From Bdellovibrionota bacterium (GTDB lineage Bacteria; Bdellovibrionota_C; UBA2361; OMII01): a stretch of 64,000 nucleotides of DNA. The stretch covers positions 1 to 64,000 of the forward strand of contig JBIJBE010000008.1 of assembly GCA_044345405.1 (NCBI GenBank). The letters run 5' to 3'. Both the position numbers and the translations under genes were made by a program. Of the stretch, positions 44,939-55,206 are shown piece after piece (positions within the stretch are counted from its first letter, which is position 1; each line of letters opens with the position of its first letter). The notes beneath the pieces are model-generated. The model ran no database searches. It was not told the DNA's origin and saw nothing but the letters and a program-made list of their open reading frames with translations.

Positions 44939-45934
44939 CTAAAACTCCCGCTTCAATGGCCGCGTCATCAACGCGTGCGCCATCTCCGTGGCGCGAATGT
45001 CGCCGTTCATGAGTCGAACGACGTGCTCGGTAATCGGCGCATCGATCCCGTGCTTCCGCGCCAAGTCGAGAACGAGAGGGGCGCTTGAAACGCCCTCCGC
45101 GGTTGCGCCGAGTGAGGCGATGACATCTGAGAGCTTCTCTCCCTTGCCAAGCCGTAATCCCACGGAACGGTTTCGGCTCTGATCCTCGGTCGCTGTCATG
45201 ATGAGATCCCCAAGACCAGAGAGCCCCGCGAGCGTTCTCTCTTGAGCGCCGAGCGCGACCGCAAGCGTGGTCATCTCATAGAGCCCCCGAGAGATAACAG
45301 CGGCGCGCGCTGATGGTCCATATCCGAGTGAATCTGATACGCCGGCAACGATAGCGATGATGTTCTTTAAGATGCCACCGAGCTCAACGCCGAGAGGATC
45401 GGTTGATGTGTACACCCGAAGAGATGGCGAGGAGAGTGTGTTCGCGACGAGAGTCGAAAGGTCGCTGGATGTTGATCCGACGACGACCGAGATGGGCCGC
45501 TCAGCGACAAGGTCTGAGGCGAAGCTTGGGCCGGAAATAACCGCCAAAGAATCTCTCTGATAGCCACACCGCTCGTGAGCGAAGGAGAGGGGGGTGAGCC
45601 CGGTATCTTTCTCTAATCCCTTCGTCGCGCTGACCAACGCCTTTGCGGTAAGCTTCGGAAGCACCTCGCCCCACGCCCGTGCGGGCAATGCGATGATCGT
45701 GAACTCAGCGTCGCTCAGGTCGGCAAGGTTTGATGTTACTTTAAAATTATCGGGGATGTGAACCGATTGCCCAGCAACGCGGAGCTGCCGTGATGTCGTG
45801 CACTCTTGGGTGACCGCGGTGTCTCGGCTCCAACCAACGACTGCGTGTCCAAGTCGAGCGCAATGAAGCGCGAGCGCTGAGCCCCAGGCTCCGAGTCCAA
45901 CAACTGCTATTTTCGTCGTAGTTTGGGTGTTCAT
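44939..45934 (-). CDS. gpsA: NAD(P)H-dependent glycerol-3-phosphate dehydrogenase
   Basis: GLGAWGSALA, ISGPSFA, ELGGILKN, GLSGLGDL, SRNRSVG. Confidence 0.95.
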   Translation of the reverse strand: MNTQTTTKIAVVGLGAWGSALALHCARLGHAVVGWSRDTAVTQECTTSRQLRVAGQSVHIPDNFKVTSNLADLSDAEFTIIALPARAWGEVLPKLTAKALVSATKGLEKDTGLTPLSFAHERCGYQRDSLAVISGPSFASDLVAERPISVVVGSTSSDLSTLVANTLSSPSLRVYTSTDPLGVELGGILKNIIAIVAGVSDSLGYGPSARAAVISRGLYEMTTLAVALGAQERTLAGLSGLGDLIMTATEDQSRNRSVGLRLGKGEKLSDVIASLGATAEGVSSAPLVLDLARKHGIDAPITEHVVRLMNGDIRATEMAHALMTRPLKREF

Positions 45935-46028
45935 AGGAGTCCTCATGAGCGTATACGACATTGTCGGCCCATAAAAGCTTCGTCACTACAGTGGGGAGCT
46001 TTTTACGCTGTTTTGTCCCGAGACAAAT

Positions 46029-46080
46029 AAAAAAGCCCCTCCGCCATGTTCCCTTGAGAGGGGGCGGAGGGGCTTTCTTT
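46029..46080 (-). terminator. intrinsic terminator after gyrA
   Basis: AAAGCCCCTCCGCC / GGCGGAGGGGCTTT stem with an A/T run on each side. Confidence 0.8.
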
Positions 46081-46087
46081 GAAGGCG

Positions 46088-48607
46088 TTAGCTCGCCGAG
46101 CCCTCAGTTGGAGGTGTCTCCTCCGCTGGGGTCTCCTCAGAGCCGTTCGTATCGCCGGTTGCTTGCGCTACCGCTACGACCTTCTCCTCGGTGTCGAGAT
46201 CAATCATCTTCACGCCACGGGTGTTTCGTCCGATGACTGAAACGTCCTTAGCGCTCGTGCGGATGATCTTACCACCCGAAGTGATGAGCATGATGCCGGT
46301 AGTGTTGTTTACCGCCATCGCTTCAACCACTGGACCGTTACGGCCCTCGGTCTGAATGTCGATAAGTCCCTTGCCGCCACGGTTTTGTGAGCGGTACTCA
46401 GAAACGACAGTTCGTTTACCGAATCCGTTCTCGCACACGGTGAGAAGGGTCATCTCCTCTTGTCCTTCCGCTACTGGAGCGCTGCCGCCCTGGATAACGG
46501 TCATGCTCACAACGGAATCGTCACCTTCGAAACGAATTCCGGTTACGCCGCGAGCCGAACGGCCCATCGGTCGAACCTGATCTTCGTTGAAGCGGATAGA
46601 CATACCGTCGCGGGTCGCAAGGAGGATATCATCCTTGCCGCTCGTGATGGACGCGCCGATGAGTGTGTCTCCTTCCTCGAGGGTGCACGCCACGATGCCG
46701 CTACGACGAGAACGGGAGAACTCCTCGAGCGCTGTCTTCTTGATGATTCCCTGCTTGGTCGCGAGCGCGATGAAGCTGTTCTCGCTCCACTCACGAACCG
46801 GCAAGATGGTACAGAGCTTCTCATCCTCTTTGAGTTCAAGGAGGTTAACGAGCGCCCGCCCCTTTGAGGTACGGCCGGACTCAGGGATGCTGTACACCTT
46901 GAGCCAGTACATACGGCCCAAGCTCGTGAATACAAGGAGATCCGAGAGGGTCGAGGTAACGAAGAGGTGCTGAACGAAATCATCATCGTCCGAAGACGCT
47001 CCGATAATTCCCTTACCGCCACGTCGTTGCTCACGGTACTCAGATACCGAGGTTCGCTTGATGTAGCCTTTGTGCGTAACGCTCACGACCATCTGCTCGT
47101 CCTCGATGAGGTCGTGCATATCGATCTCGCCGCCGTCATCGACGATCTCGGTGCGACGAGCGTCGCCGTACTTCTCCTTAACAGCGAGAAGCTCAGAGCC
47201 GATGATCGAGTCGATACGCTTCGCGTCACCAAGGATATTCAAGAGGTCTTGGATTAACTTAGCGAGTTCATCGTACTCCTGCTCGATCGCCAATCGCTCC
47301 ATGCCGGTAAGCTTTTGGAGGCGGAGATCGAGGATCGCTTGCGCTTGGATCGTTGAGAGGGTGTAGCGCGAGATAAGTTCGTCGCGCGCGTCCTTTGGAG
47401 TGCTCGCGCCACGAATGAGCTTGATGACGTCGTCGAGGTTGAGCAGCGCGATGCGGAAACCCTCTAAGAGGTGCATGCGCTCCTTAGCCTTCTTGAGATC
47501 GAACTCAGTTCGGCGAGTAACCACATCTCGTCGGTGGTTGAGGAAGTGGGTCAAAAGGTCGTGGAGTGAGCAGATGACCGGCTTTCCATCAACGATAGCG
47601 AGGTTCACGATACCGAAGCTCGATTGCATCGGTGTGAGCTTGTAGAGCTGATTAAGAACAACCTCTGGGGTCGCGTCACGCTTAAGCTCAACAACGATAC
47701 GCATACCTTGGCGGTCGCTCTCGTCTCGAAGCTTCGAGATGCCCTCGATCTGCTTCTCATTCACGAGCTCCGCGATCTTCTCAAGGAGTCGGGACTTGTT
47801 GAGCTGGTACGGGATCTCGGTGATGACGATGATGTCGGCCTCTCGGCTCTTCGTCTTGAGCTTCTCGAACGAAGCTTTTGCGCGGACCTGAATGATACCG
47901 CGACCGTTTGAGTAGGCGCTGATGATCGCCCCACGTCCGTAGATCGTTCCACCAGTTGGGAAATCTGGACCTGGAATGAGTTGAAGGAGCTCTTGCAAAG
48001 ATACGTTCGGATTATTGAGTACCGCGAGCGCTCCATCGATAACCTCAGTGAGGTTGTGCGGCGGAATGTGGGTCGCCATACCTACCGCGATTCCGTTCGC
48101 TCCGTTTACGAGGAGGTTCGGAATGACAGATGGAAGAACTTGTGGCTCCTGCGTGGAGTCATCGAAGTTTGGCGAGAAATCAACCGTCTCCTTCTCGATA
48201 TCCTCAAGAAGTCGCTCAGCGAGGGAGGTCATACGACACTCGGTGTATCGGTATGCGGCGGGTGGATCTCCATCGACCGATCCAAAGTTACCCTGACCAT
48301 CGATCAAGGTGTACCGAAGGTTCCACGGCTGAGCCAAACGGACGAGCGCCTCGTATACCGGCATATCACCGTGAGGGTGATAGCGCTTGAGCACCTCGCC
48401 CACGACTCCCGCGCACTTAGAGTGCTTGCGGTTCGAGACGAGACCCTCGTTCAACATAGCGTAGAGAACGCGGCGCTGTACCGGCTTAAGGCCGTCTCGG
48501 ACGTCCGGGAGGGCGCGACCGACGATAACGGACATGGCGTAGTCGAGGTACGACTGACGCATCTCTGATTCAATGGCGATTGGGCTTACAGATGGTTGAT
48601 TTTCCAT
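46088..48607 (-). CDS. gyrA: DNA gyrase subunit A
   Basis: SYLDYAMSVIVGRALPDVRDGLKP, HPHGD, AAYRYTE, GyrA-box QRRGGKG. Confidence 0.98.
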   Translation of the reverse strand: MENQPSVSPIAIESEMRQSYLDYAMSVIVGRALPDVRDGLKPVQRRVLYAMLNEGLVSNRKHSKCAGVVGEVLKRYHPHGDMPVYEALVRLAQPWNLRYTLIDGQGNFGSVDGDPPAAYRYTECRMTSLAERLLEDIEKETVDFSPNFDDSTQEPQVLPSVIPNLLVNGANGIAVGMATHIPPHNLTEVIDGALAVLNNPNVSLQELLQLIPGPDFPTGGTIYGRGAIISAYSNGRGIIQVRAKASFEKLKTKSREADIIVITEIPYQLNKSRLLEKIAELVNEKQIEGISKLRDESDRQGMRIVVELKRDATPEVVLNQLYKLTPMQSSFGIVNLAIVDGKPVICSLHDLLTHFLNHRRDVVTRRTEFDLKKAKERMHLLEGFRIALLNLDDVIKLIRGASTPKDARDELISRYTLSTIQAQAILDLRLQKLTGMERLAIEQEYDELAKLIQDLLNILGDAKRIDSIIGSELLAVKEKYGDARRTEIVDDGGEIDMHDLIEDEQMVVSVTHKGYIKRTSVSEYREQRRGGKGIIGASSDDDDFVQHLFVTSTLSDLLVFTSLGRMYWLKVYSIPESGRTSKGRALVNLLELKEDEKLCTILPVREWSENSFIALATKQGIIKKTALEEFSRSRRSGIVACTLEEGDTLIGASITSGKDDILLATRDGMSIRFNEDQVRPMGRSARGVTGIRFEGDDSVVSMTVIQGGSAPVAEGQEEMTLLTVCENGFGKRTVVSEYRSQNRGGKGLIDIQTEGRNGPVVEAMAVNNTTGIMLITSGGKIIRTSAKDVSVIGRNTRGVKMIDLDTEEKVVAVAQATGDTNGSEETPAEETPPTEGSAS

Positions 48608-48924
48608 TCGCGTACTCTAGGACGAGGGGGTGGTTTGTTCAAGGTAAAAAACGGCTCTAAGCCCTGAAAAAAGCACGGATTTGGGGCGGTTTTTGGGGTC
48701 GAAAAAAGGGCGTTCTTGGGCTCGGTGGAGACCTAACCATTTCGAGGTCTGAAAAGGGACGATTCGAGCTGATTGAGACAGCTGAAATGCCCCCGGTATT
48801 TGGTTCGGGGTGAGTGGCTTTCCCAGGCAGCCCCAAGGTGCCCCACATCGGACCGTGTGCCTGGATTTTCCGGGTCCCGGAGCGTACGGTAGGTACGAAC
48901 TCTCCCTCGAAAGGAAACGGACCT

Positions 48925-49698
48925 ATGAGACCAAAGGTAGCTAAGCTCGGCATCATGACCGCGATGGAGTCGGAGTTCCGACTTATCGCTCACGCCTTTG
49001 GCCTCACCACCTCCCGAGAGATCGGCCCGCGCTCGTTCCTTTCCGCCACCCACAACGACCTTGAGCTGACCCTCGTCGCGGCTCGGGTGGGAAAGGTAGC
49101 CGCCGCTGTCACGGCATCGCTGCTTATTCAAGAGTTCGGGGTGGACGCGATTGTGGTTGTTGGCGTAGCGGGCGCTACGGACACTACCGTTCGAATCGGC
49201 GACATCGTCATTGCTGACCGCTTGGTGCAGCACGACATGGATCTCAAGGGGGTATTGGGATATCAGCGCTTCGACATCCCACTCCTTGGCGTGCGAGAGA
49301 TGCGAAGCTGCGATCGTCTCTTCGCTGTCGCCACTGAGGCCGCAAAGCGAACGGTAGCTTCACCATCGTACGTGAACGGGCTTCGAAATTTCTCCGAGGA
49401 ATCGCCCCGAATGCACGCCGGTGTAATCGGGAGTGGTGATGTGTTCGTGTGCGATCCCGGTGAGCGTGAATCGCTCAGCGCCGCTATCTCAGACCTTAAA
49501 TGCGTTGAGATGGAGGGCGCGGCCGTAGCGCAGGTGTGTGTTGAGCACGGGGTGCCGTTCGTTGTGACTCGAATCATCTCAGATGAAGCCTCGGGACACG
49601 CGGCGTCAGACTTCGGAGCCTTCATTGAACAGGCCGCATCGGTTGGCTCTGAGGCGTTCGTTCGAGAGTTTGTGCGTGGTTTGAGCGCTCAGGAATAA
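48925..49698 (+). CDS. mtnN: MTA/SAH nucleosidase
   Basis: GIMTAMESE, VGKVAAA, VEMEGAAVAQVC, R.ISD. Confidence 0.9.
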   Translation: MRPKVAKLGIMTAMESEFRLIAHAFGLTTSREIGPRSFLSATHNDLELTLVAARVGKVAAAVTASLLIQEFGVDAIVVVGVAGATDTTVRIGDIVIADRLVQHDMDLKGVLGYQRFDIPLLGVREMRSCDRLFAVATEAAKRTVASPSYVNGLRNFSEESPRMHAGVIGSGDVFVCDPGERESLSAAISDLKCVEMEGAAVAQVCVEHGVPFVVTRIISDEASGHAASDFGAFIEQAASVGSEAFVREFVRGLSAQE

Positions 49699-49921
49699 GG
49701 GAGCCATCGCAATAGGCTCAAGCTCTTCTCCGGCCTTTGTGTCCTTTGTGGTGAACATCCCTGTTTTCCTTTTGGATGAGAGGCCCAATAGGTTCGGCGT
49801 GACTCGTGAACTCAAGGCCGTGGAGCTGAGCCACCTCTTTTTAGCATTCTTGCGAGGGTTCTTTCGGGGTACTATCGACTCGATCCCACAGACTGCTTTT
49901 TCGGAGCCCCGCGCGCACGCC

Positions 49922-50440
49922 ATGAGTAATGACCTTAAATCCTTCATCGCTGATATCCCTGATTTTCCAAAACCGGGGATAATGTTCCGGGATATCTCGC
50001 CGCTTTTGCGCGCTCCCACGGCGTTTCGTCACGTTGTTAATTTGATGGCGAAAGAGGTTTCAGATCTTAAAGTTGCTGGAATCGTCGCTGTCGAGTCGCG
50101 CGGGTTCCTTTTCGCCGCGCCGGTCGCGCACGAAGCGGGAGTGCCGCTTATTCTCGCAAGAAAGCCAGGAAAACTGCCAGGGGATCGCGTTCGGGTTGAG
50201 TACGGTTTGGAGTACGGCACCGATAGCTTGGAGTTAAAGCACGGCCTCGTCGACCCAGGCTCACGCATCGTGGTTATCGACGATGTGCTTGCGACCGGTG
50301 GCACCGCGCGCGCGGCTGGTGATTTAGTTCAAAAAGTCGGCGCCTCCGTCGCGTCGTACATCTTCCTTGTTGAACTTCTCGGGCTCGGCGGGCGAGAGAA
50401 GCTTAAAGATGGAGCTGTGTCTTCGTTGGTGCAGTATTGA
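49922..50440 (+). CDS. apt: adenine phosphoribosyltransferase
   Basis: IPDFPKPGIMFRDI, ESRGF, RKPGKLP, DDVLATGGT. Confidence 0.96.
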   Translation: MSNDLKSFIADIPDFPKPGIMFRDISPLLRAPTAFRHVVNLMAKEVSDLKVAGIVAVESRGFLFAAPVAHEAGVPLILARKPGKLPGDRVRVEYGLEYGTDSLELKHGLVDPGSRIVVIDDVLATGGTARAAGDLVQKVGASVASYIFLVELLGLGGREKLKDGAVSSLVQY

Positions 50441-50626
50441 ACCAGCCTGTTGACATGCCTGTCACGCACAAAGCTGCCCCAGCGAGATTGAGGCATCTAT
50501 CGCGTCGATAGGTGTAAGCGCTCTGTGGGCGGTAACACTTTCTCTGTTTTTTGATGCTGAAATGGTTCGGGTGTGCAAGCCTCATCCGTAACGAGTTTTT
50601 GCCAAGTCCCGTTTAGGAGATACCGT

Positions 50627-51526
50627 ATGACCCCCGCCGAATCTGCCGCGCACTCTTTGTCGCGCGTATTCACCCAACTCGTGACGCCCGCGAATATACG
50701 TCGATTCGAGGTGTTTATCATTCGGATGGCGGTTCTATTTTTCCTCTGTCACCTTGCGCTCATCTTTCTCCTCAATAACGTGCCAGCGCTCTATCGCGGG
50801 CATACCTTCAACTATCTAAAAGCCATCTATACTCCGTTCAGCTTTATCCTCGTCTATGAGGTTTTTCTGCTCGTCATCATTCTGCCCGAGTCCATGACCG
50901 AGTTTATCGCCAAGCAGTTCGAGATCGTGACCCTTATTACCCTTCGGAGCTTTTTTCATGACATCGCGAGCGTGCCGCTGCACGCTCCCATTCATGCGTC
51001 GGATCCCGCTGTCGTAAGCCTGGGGTATGATCTCGTGGCTTCTCTGATTATGTTTACCTTGACTGTTGCGTTTCATCGACTTCATTCCCGCCACCGCGAG
51101 AGGGACAGTCAGGCGGATCTTCGCAGATTCATCGATTTCAAGAGGGCTGTTTCCGCTATCCTGATTGTGGTGCTGGTTGCAACGAGCCTCTACAGTATGT
51201 CCGCGTGGGCTTCGCACGCCTGGCTAGCTCTGGTCAACCGAACGGAGTTTCCCGATCCTGACACGTTCTTCTACGTCGATTTCTTTAACGTCATGATATA
51301 CGCGGATGTTCTTCTGCTGATCATTTCCTTTCTCTATGACTCGTCATTCTTCACGGTGGTGAGAAACGCAAGCTTCATTATCTCCACGGTTCTGCTCCGC
51401 ATCTCACTGAGCATGGAGCGACCCGCTAACCACGTTGTTGCGATTTGCGCCTTTACCTTCTCCGTAACCGTTATGGTGATTTTGCACCTGAGGCAGAAGC
51501 GCTGGGGGACCGCCCCGACAACGTAG
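50627..51526 (+). CDS. multi-pass membrane protein of unknown function
   Basis: About 7-8 hydrophobic segments; AIYTPFSFILVYEV and QFEIVTLI motifs; AGGAG SD. Confidence 0.75.
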   Translation: MTPAESAAHSLSRVFTQLVTPANIRRFEVFIIRMAVLFFLCHLALIFLLNNVPALYRGHTFNYLKAIYTPFSFILVYEVFLLVIILPESMTEFIAKQFEIVTLITLRSFFHDIASVPLHAPIHASDPAVVSLGYDLVASLIMFTLTVAFHRLHSRHRERDSQADLRRFIDFKRAVSAILIVVLVATSLYSMSAWASHAWLALVNRTEFPDPDTFFYVDFFNVMIYADVLLLIISFLYDSSFFTVVRNASFIISTVLLRISLSMERPANHVVAICAFTFSVTVMVILHLRQKRWGTAPTT

Positions 51527-51557
51527 GAGCCGAATCTCGCCCCCTTCAGGGGGCGGA

Positions 51558-51647
51558 TGGCGGAGAGGAAGGGATTCGAACCCCCGTTACCCTTTCGGGT
51601 AAACCTGATTTCGAATCAGGCGCCTTCAGCCACTCGGCCACCTCTCC
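51558..51647 (-). tRNA. tRNA-Ser(CGA)
   Basis: Cloverleaf with long variable arm, anticodon loop TTCGAAA, GTTCGAATC, CCA end. Confidence 0.95.
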
Positions 51648-51798
51648 ATTGGTCAGAGATGTTGGGGACTCCGACCAGGACCGGTAGGGTATGTAGCGGG
51701 GAGGAAAAAGTCAATTGATACTGGGGCGATTGAGGCCACGTGCGATCTGGTAAGTAATCGGACTCACACGAAAAGGAAACGGATTATCGTAAGCTTCG

Positions 51799-52791
51799 CT
51801 AGGAACCGGTCGCTTCTCGCCACAACTGCGCCGCACGAGCGGGAAGTCTGGCCCCTGACTGGCTTATGACCGTTGCCGCAAGCCGAGCGGCTCCTTTGGC
51901 GGCGGTCTCGATCGAACATCCGAGGGTGAGTCCACCAAGAAGAACACCGGTGAACGCGTCTCCGGCACCGGTTGTATCCACGATCTGAATGTTGTGCGTG
52001 TATGCCGGAACGTGCAGCTGCTTTCCTTCGTGTTGTATGAGCGCTCCATCTTTGCCGCACGTTACGATGACGGTAGGGCAGAGTGACGCGAGCGCCGCGA
52101 AGGCGGTTTGATGATCGCTCTTTTGCGCAAGTGCCATAGCCTCAGGCTCGTTGGCGATGATGAGATCGATCTGAGGGAGAAAGTGCGCGAGAACCTGCTC
52201 ACGCTGCGTGAGCGCTGCGAACTCCGAGTTTATGTTGAGGGCAACCTTCGTGTTCCGCGCCTTCGCGACCTCGATCCCTTTTCGAAGCGCGCTGTTGTTT
52301 TTTTCTCCCGCGGTGAGGAGGTGTCCTTCAAGGAGGAGCCACTCGCTTGCGCCGATACTGTCCGCGTCGATGTGCGTGTGATCGAGCTCGGTTGCTACGC
52401 CGAGGTTGGTTCGCATCGTTCGTTCCCCGTCCGGTGTGATAAGCGAGAGACACACGCCTGTGCGAGCGTTACGCACCCGGGCGTTTGGAGATGACACTCC
52501 GACAGCCTCGAAATCGGCGTGATACATCCGTCCGTACGCATCGTCCCCGACAAGTCCGGCATAGGAGCAGGGGACCCCGATAAGGTTCGCGCACGCGATT
52601 GAGTTAGAGCCGGAGCCTCCGCTTGAGATAACCCGTTCGGCGGTAGTTGCTGAGAGCAGCGCGTCCTGTTCCACCGCGTCAACGATGGCGTAGCTGCCAG
52701 GTTTAAGATTTCGCTCAGAGATGAAGGCATGTTCAACCGGGACGATGACATCCACGAGTGGTTGGAGAATTGTTGAGAGCCCCTTCTTCAA
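51799..52791 (-). CDS. PfkB-family carbohydrate kinase (adenosine kinase-like)
   Basis: SGGSGSN, ITPDGERTM.T.LG, DTTGAGDAF. Confidence 0.88.
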   Translation of the reverse strand: MKKGLSTILQPLVDVIVPVEHAFISERNLKPGSYAIVDAVEQDALLSATTAERVISSGGSGSNSIACANLIGVPCSYAGLVGDDAYGRMYHADFEAVGVSSPNARVRNARTGVCLSLITPDGERTMRTNLGVATELDHTHIDADSIGASEWLLLEGHLLTAGEKNNSALRKGIEVAKARNTKVALNINSEFAALTQREQVLAHFLPQIDLIIANEPEAMALAQKSDHQTAFAALASLCPTVIVTCGKDGALIQHEGKQLHVPAYTHNIQIVDTTGAGDAFTGVLLGGLTLGCSIETAAKGAARLAATVISQSGARLPARAAQLWREATGS

Positions 52792-52858
52792 AATCGCCTC
52801 GTATTTCTGAGGTTTTTGGTCGTTTCCGTTCTCAGTGTGGTCGCCGGTCAGATCCTTG

Positions 52859-53329
52859 TCAAGTTCGCAGCGAGCTGAAGAATTCCTTTAAAAGAGCCTG
52901 ACATTCCCCCGCTTTAACATTTCGAATGACGCGCGGCGGAGTACCGAGCCTGTCATCGAGGCTGAGGTCGTAGAGCGACCCAACAGCGCCCTGCGCGGAA
53001 TCGCCCGCTCCAAAGATGATGACCGGAATGCGCGCGAGTCGAATGGCGCCGAGACACATCGTGCACGGTTCAAGGGTGACGCACATGACGCACTCGTTGA
53101 GCCTCCACGAACCAAGCTTCTTTGACGCTTCCCGGATGGCGTGGATCTCGGCGTGCGCGATGACGGATTGATCCTCTTCGGTTGTGTTGCGTCCCGTTCC
53201 AATGATCGTGTTGTTGTGCGCGATAACGGCGCCGACGGGAACTTCACCGGCTCTGGCGGCGCTCTTCGCGTGACCGATCGCTTCGGTCATGAGGTGGTCG
53301 ATGAATTCGGGGGTGGGTGGGGTGTGCAT
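52859..53329 (-). CDS. tadA: tRNA adenosine(34) deaminase
   Basis: GEVPVGAV, AHAEI, WRL, TLEPCTMC.GAI..ARI. Confidence 0.92.
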   Translation of the reverse strand: MHTPPTPEFIDHLMTEAIGHAKSAARAGEVPVGAVIAHNNTIIGTGRNTTEEDQSVIAHAEIHAIREASKKLGSWRLNECVMCVTLEPCTMCLGAIRLARIPVIIFGAGDSAQGAVGSLYDLSLDDRLGTPPRVIRNVKAGECQALLKEFFSSLRT

Positions 53330-53409
53330 GGTAATTTCAGAGAGAATTTACGCCTGGCACGAGAGGATTGAGAAAAAATGGCGGACCGCCCCCTCAAGGG
53401 GGCGAGTCT

Positions 53410-53450
53410 CGCCACTTATTATGTCATCAATGATGACATAATAAGTGGCG
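53410..53450. repeat. perfect 41-bp palindrome (20-bp arms) overlapping the tRNA-Ser(GGA) 3' end
   Basis: CGCCACTTATTATGTCATCA-A-TGATGACATAATAAGTGGCG. Confidence 0.9.
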
Positions 53451-53536
53451 GAGAGAGGGGGATTCGAACCCCCGATAGGGGATTAGCCTATACACGCTTT
53501 CCAAGCGTGCGCCTTCAGCCACTCGGCCATCTCTCC
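53446..53536 (-). tRNA. tRNA-Ser(GGA)
   Basis: Anticodon loop TTGGAAA, long variable arm, CCA. Confidence 0.95.
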
Positions 53537-53630
53537 GCACGGGTATCATTCACCAAATTGTACTTCGCCGCGGCGGACCGTCTTGTAAACAGGACGAGTC
53601 TCGCCAATCTCGCCCCCTTTAGAGGACGGA

Positions 53631-53720
53631 TGGCGGAAGGGAAGGGATTCGAACCCCCGATACCCTTTCAGGTATTCCGGTTTTCAAGACCGGCGCCATC
53701 AACCACTCGGCCACCCTTCC
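53631..53720 (-). tRNA. tRNA-Ser(TGA)
   Basis: Anticodon loop CTTGAAA, long variable arm, CCA. Confidence 0.95.
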
Positions 53721-53901
53721 GCTTGACGAGGTCGTAAGGTATCTCGGATTATTCCCAATAATCAATGGGCTCAACGAGTTGTTTTATGGGGTGAGGGGCC
53801 TCACCTGTCGCCAACAGTTGTTATAAGGGGTTAAGCCCCTACTTTAAGTTCCCCGTCACTTGAAAAATTTCCCAAATTTGGTACCTTGCTCCCCCTTGTG
53901 C

Positions 53902-53978
53902 GCGCTCTTAGCTCAGCTGGATAGAGCATCTGACTACGAATCAGAAGGCCGGTGGTTCGAATCCTCCAGAGCGCACCA
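53902..53978 (+). tRNA. tRNA-Arg(ACG)
   Basis: 77 nt, anticodon loop CTACGAA, CCA. Confidence 0.96.
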
Positions 53979-54064
53979 TCTTTTCTCCTTCAAAACCCAC
54001 ATTTAATGAGTCGTTAAAGAATGGGTTTTAGGTGAGGATGGAGCACAGATAGTTCCCAACCCGC

Positions 54065-54158
54065 GGAGAGATGGCCGAGTGGCTGAAGGCGGCGGTTTGC
54101 TAAATCGTTATACGGCCCAAAAGCTGTATCGGGGGTTCGAATCCCCCTCTCTCCGCCA
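54065..54158 (+). tRNA. tRNA-Ser(GCT)
   Basis: Anticodon loop TTGCTAA, long variable arm, CCA. Confidence 0.95.
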
Positions 54159-54324
54159 CTGTTTTTCCCGCTCGGCGCTCTGGCCCTTCGCAGGGTGCTA
54201 TTCCTCGCTTTGCTCGGGCACCGGCGAACCAGGGGCAGGCCCCTGGCCCCCCAGACAATTCCTATCAGATAGATTTGTTTTTTCCGCTGGGCACTTCCGC
54301 CGCTCTTGCTCGCTATAGCCCGCG

Positions 54325-55206
54325 TCACCCCGCTGGGTGGTTCGAATTTCTGCCCGCGTTCAGTTGCTCCGATCGCAATTTCCGCCGCACAACCCCATAC
54401 GTCACACAAAACCCAACAGCAGCGCCTCCCATATGAGCCGTTGAGCTCACCTCGGGCACCATCATGTCGAACACCGCTTGAAGGAGAACGATCTGAGTCA
54501 TGGTGTTCAGTTGCGCTTTGGCAACCATACTGCCGGTGTGTCGGTACGCCAAAAGGGAGATGGCGGCTTGGGTTCCGACCAGTCCCATAACGCTCGCCGA
54601 TGCTCCAAGTAGAATAATCGGATGGGGATCGGCAGAGAGTTGAGACGCTGTCCAGGCGATTAACATCCCGCCCGCGCCACAAATGAGATAGAGCAGGATG
54701 TACCGCCAAAAACCGATCATCGCCTCGACCGTTCGTCCCAAGAGCCAGAGGCCCATCATGTTGAACGCAAGGTGCATGATCCCCCAATGAAGGAACTGCG
54801 CGGTGAATATCCGCCACCACTCACCTTCAGAGAGGAGCGGAGTGAAGACAGCCCCCATCTCCACGAATTCAGCGGCGTCGTTTGTCGCTCCTCGACTTAC
54901 TTGAAGGAGGAAAACCGCGACATTAACGCCGATCAAAAGCTTTGTGGCGAGGCTGGGAAGGTGAGGTGAGGGCGCTCGCTTTCGCGAGTACATCTTGATG
55001 GCTATCACGTATACCGCGAGGATCCCGATCGCGATGTATCCGCATATGTCAGGCATAAACAGCCATGCGCTCGCGCATCCAGCTAGCCCACACAGATTGG
55101 CCCACGTGATCCAGGTAGGAAGTCGCTCTCTGAACTTGATGACGTTGAGCAGATCGGCGGAAAGATTGAGGACCGCGACGAGAAGGAGGACGAAGTTGAT
55201 ATCCAT
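54325..55206 (-). CDS. rhomboid intramembrane serine protease
   Basis: EWWRIFTAQFLH..IMHLAFN, GASAS, AHMGG. Confidence 0.92.
   Translation of the reverse strand: MDINFVLLLVAVLNLSADLLNVIKFRERLPTWITWANLCGLAGCASAWLFMPDICGYIAIGILAVYVIAIKMYSRKRAPSPHLPSLATKLLIGVNVAVFLLQVSRGATNDAAEFVEMGAVFTPLLSEGEWWRIFTAQFLHWGIMHLAFNMMGLWLLGRTVEAMIGFWRYILLYLICGAGGMLIAWTASQLSADPHPIILLGASASVMGLVGTQAAISLLAYRHTGSMVAKAQLNTMTQIVLLQAVFDMMVPEVSSTAHMGGAAVGFCVTYGVVRRKLRSEQLNAGRNSNHPAG

Noticed and set aside
54160-54270. IS91-like end (CAATTCCTATC) after tRNA-Ser(GCT)
   Set aside because: Only a short motif with no transposase remnant or tRNA 3' duplication.
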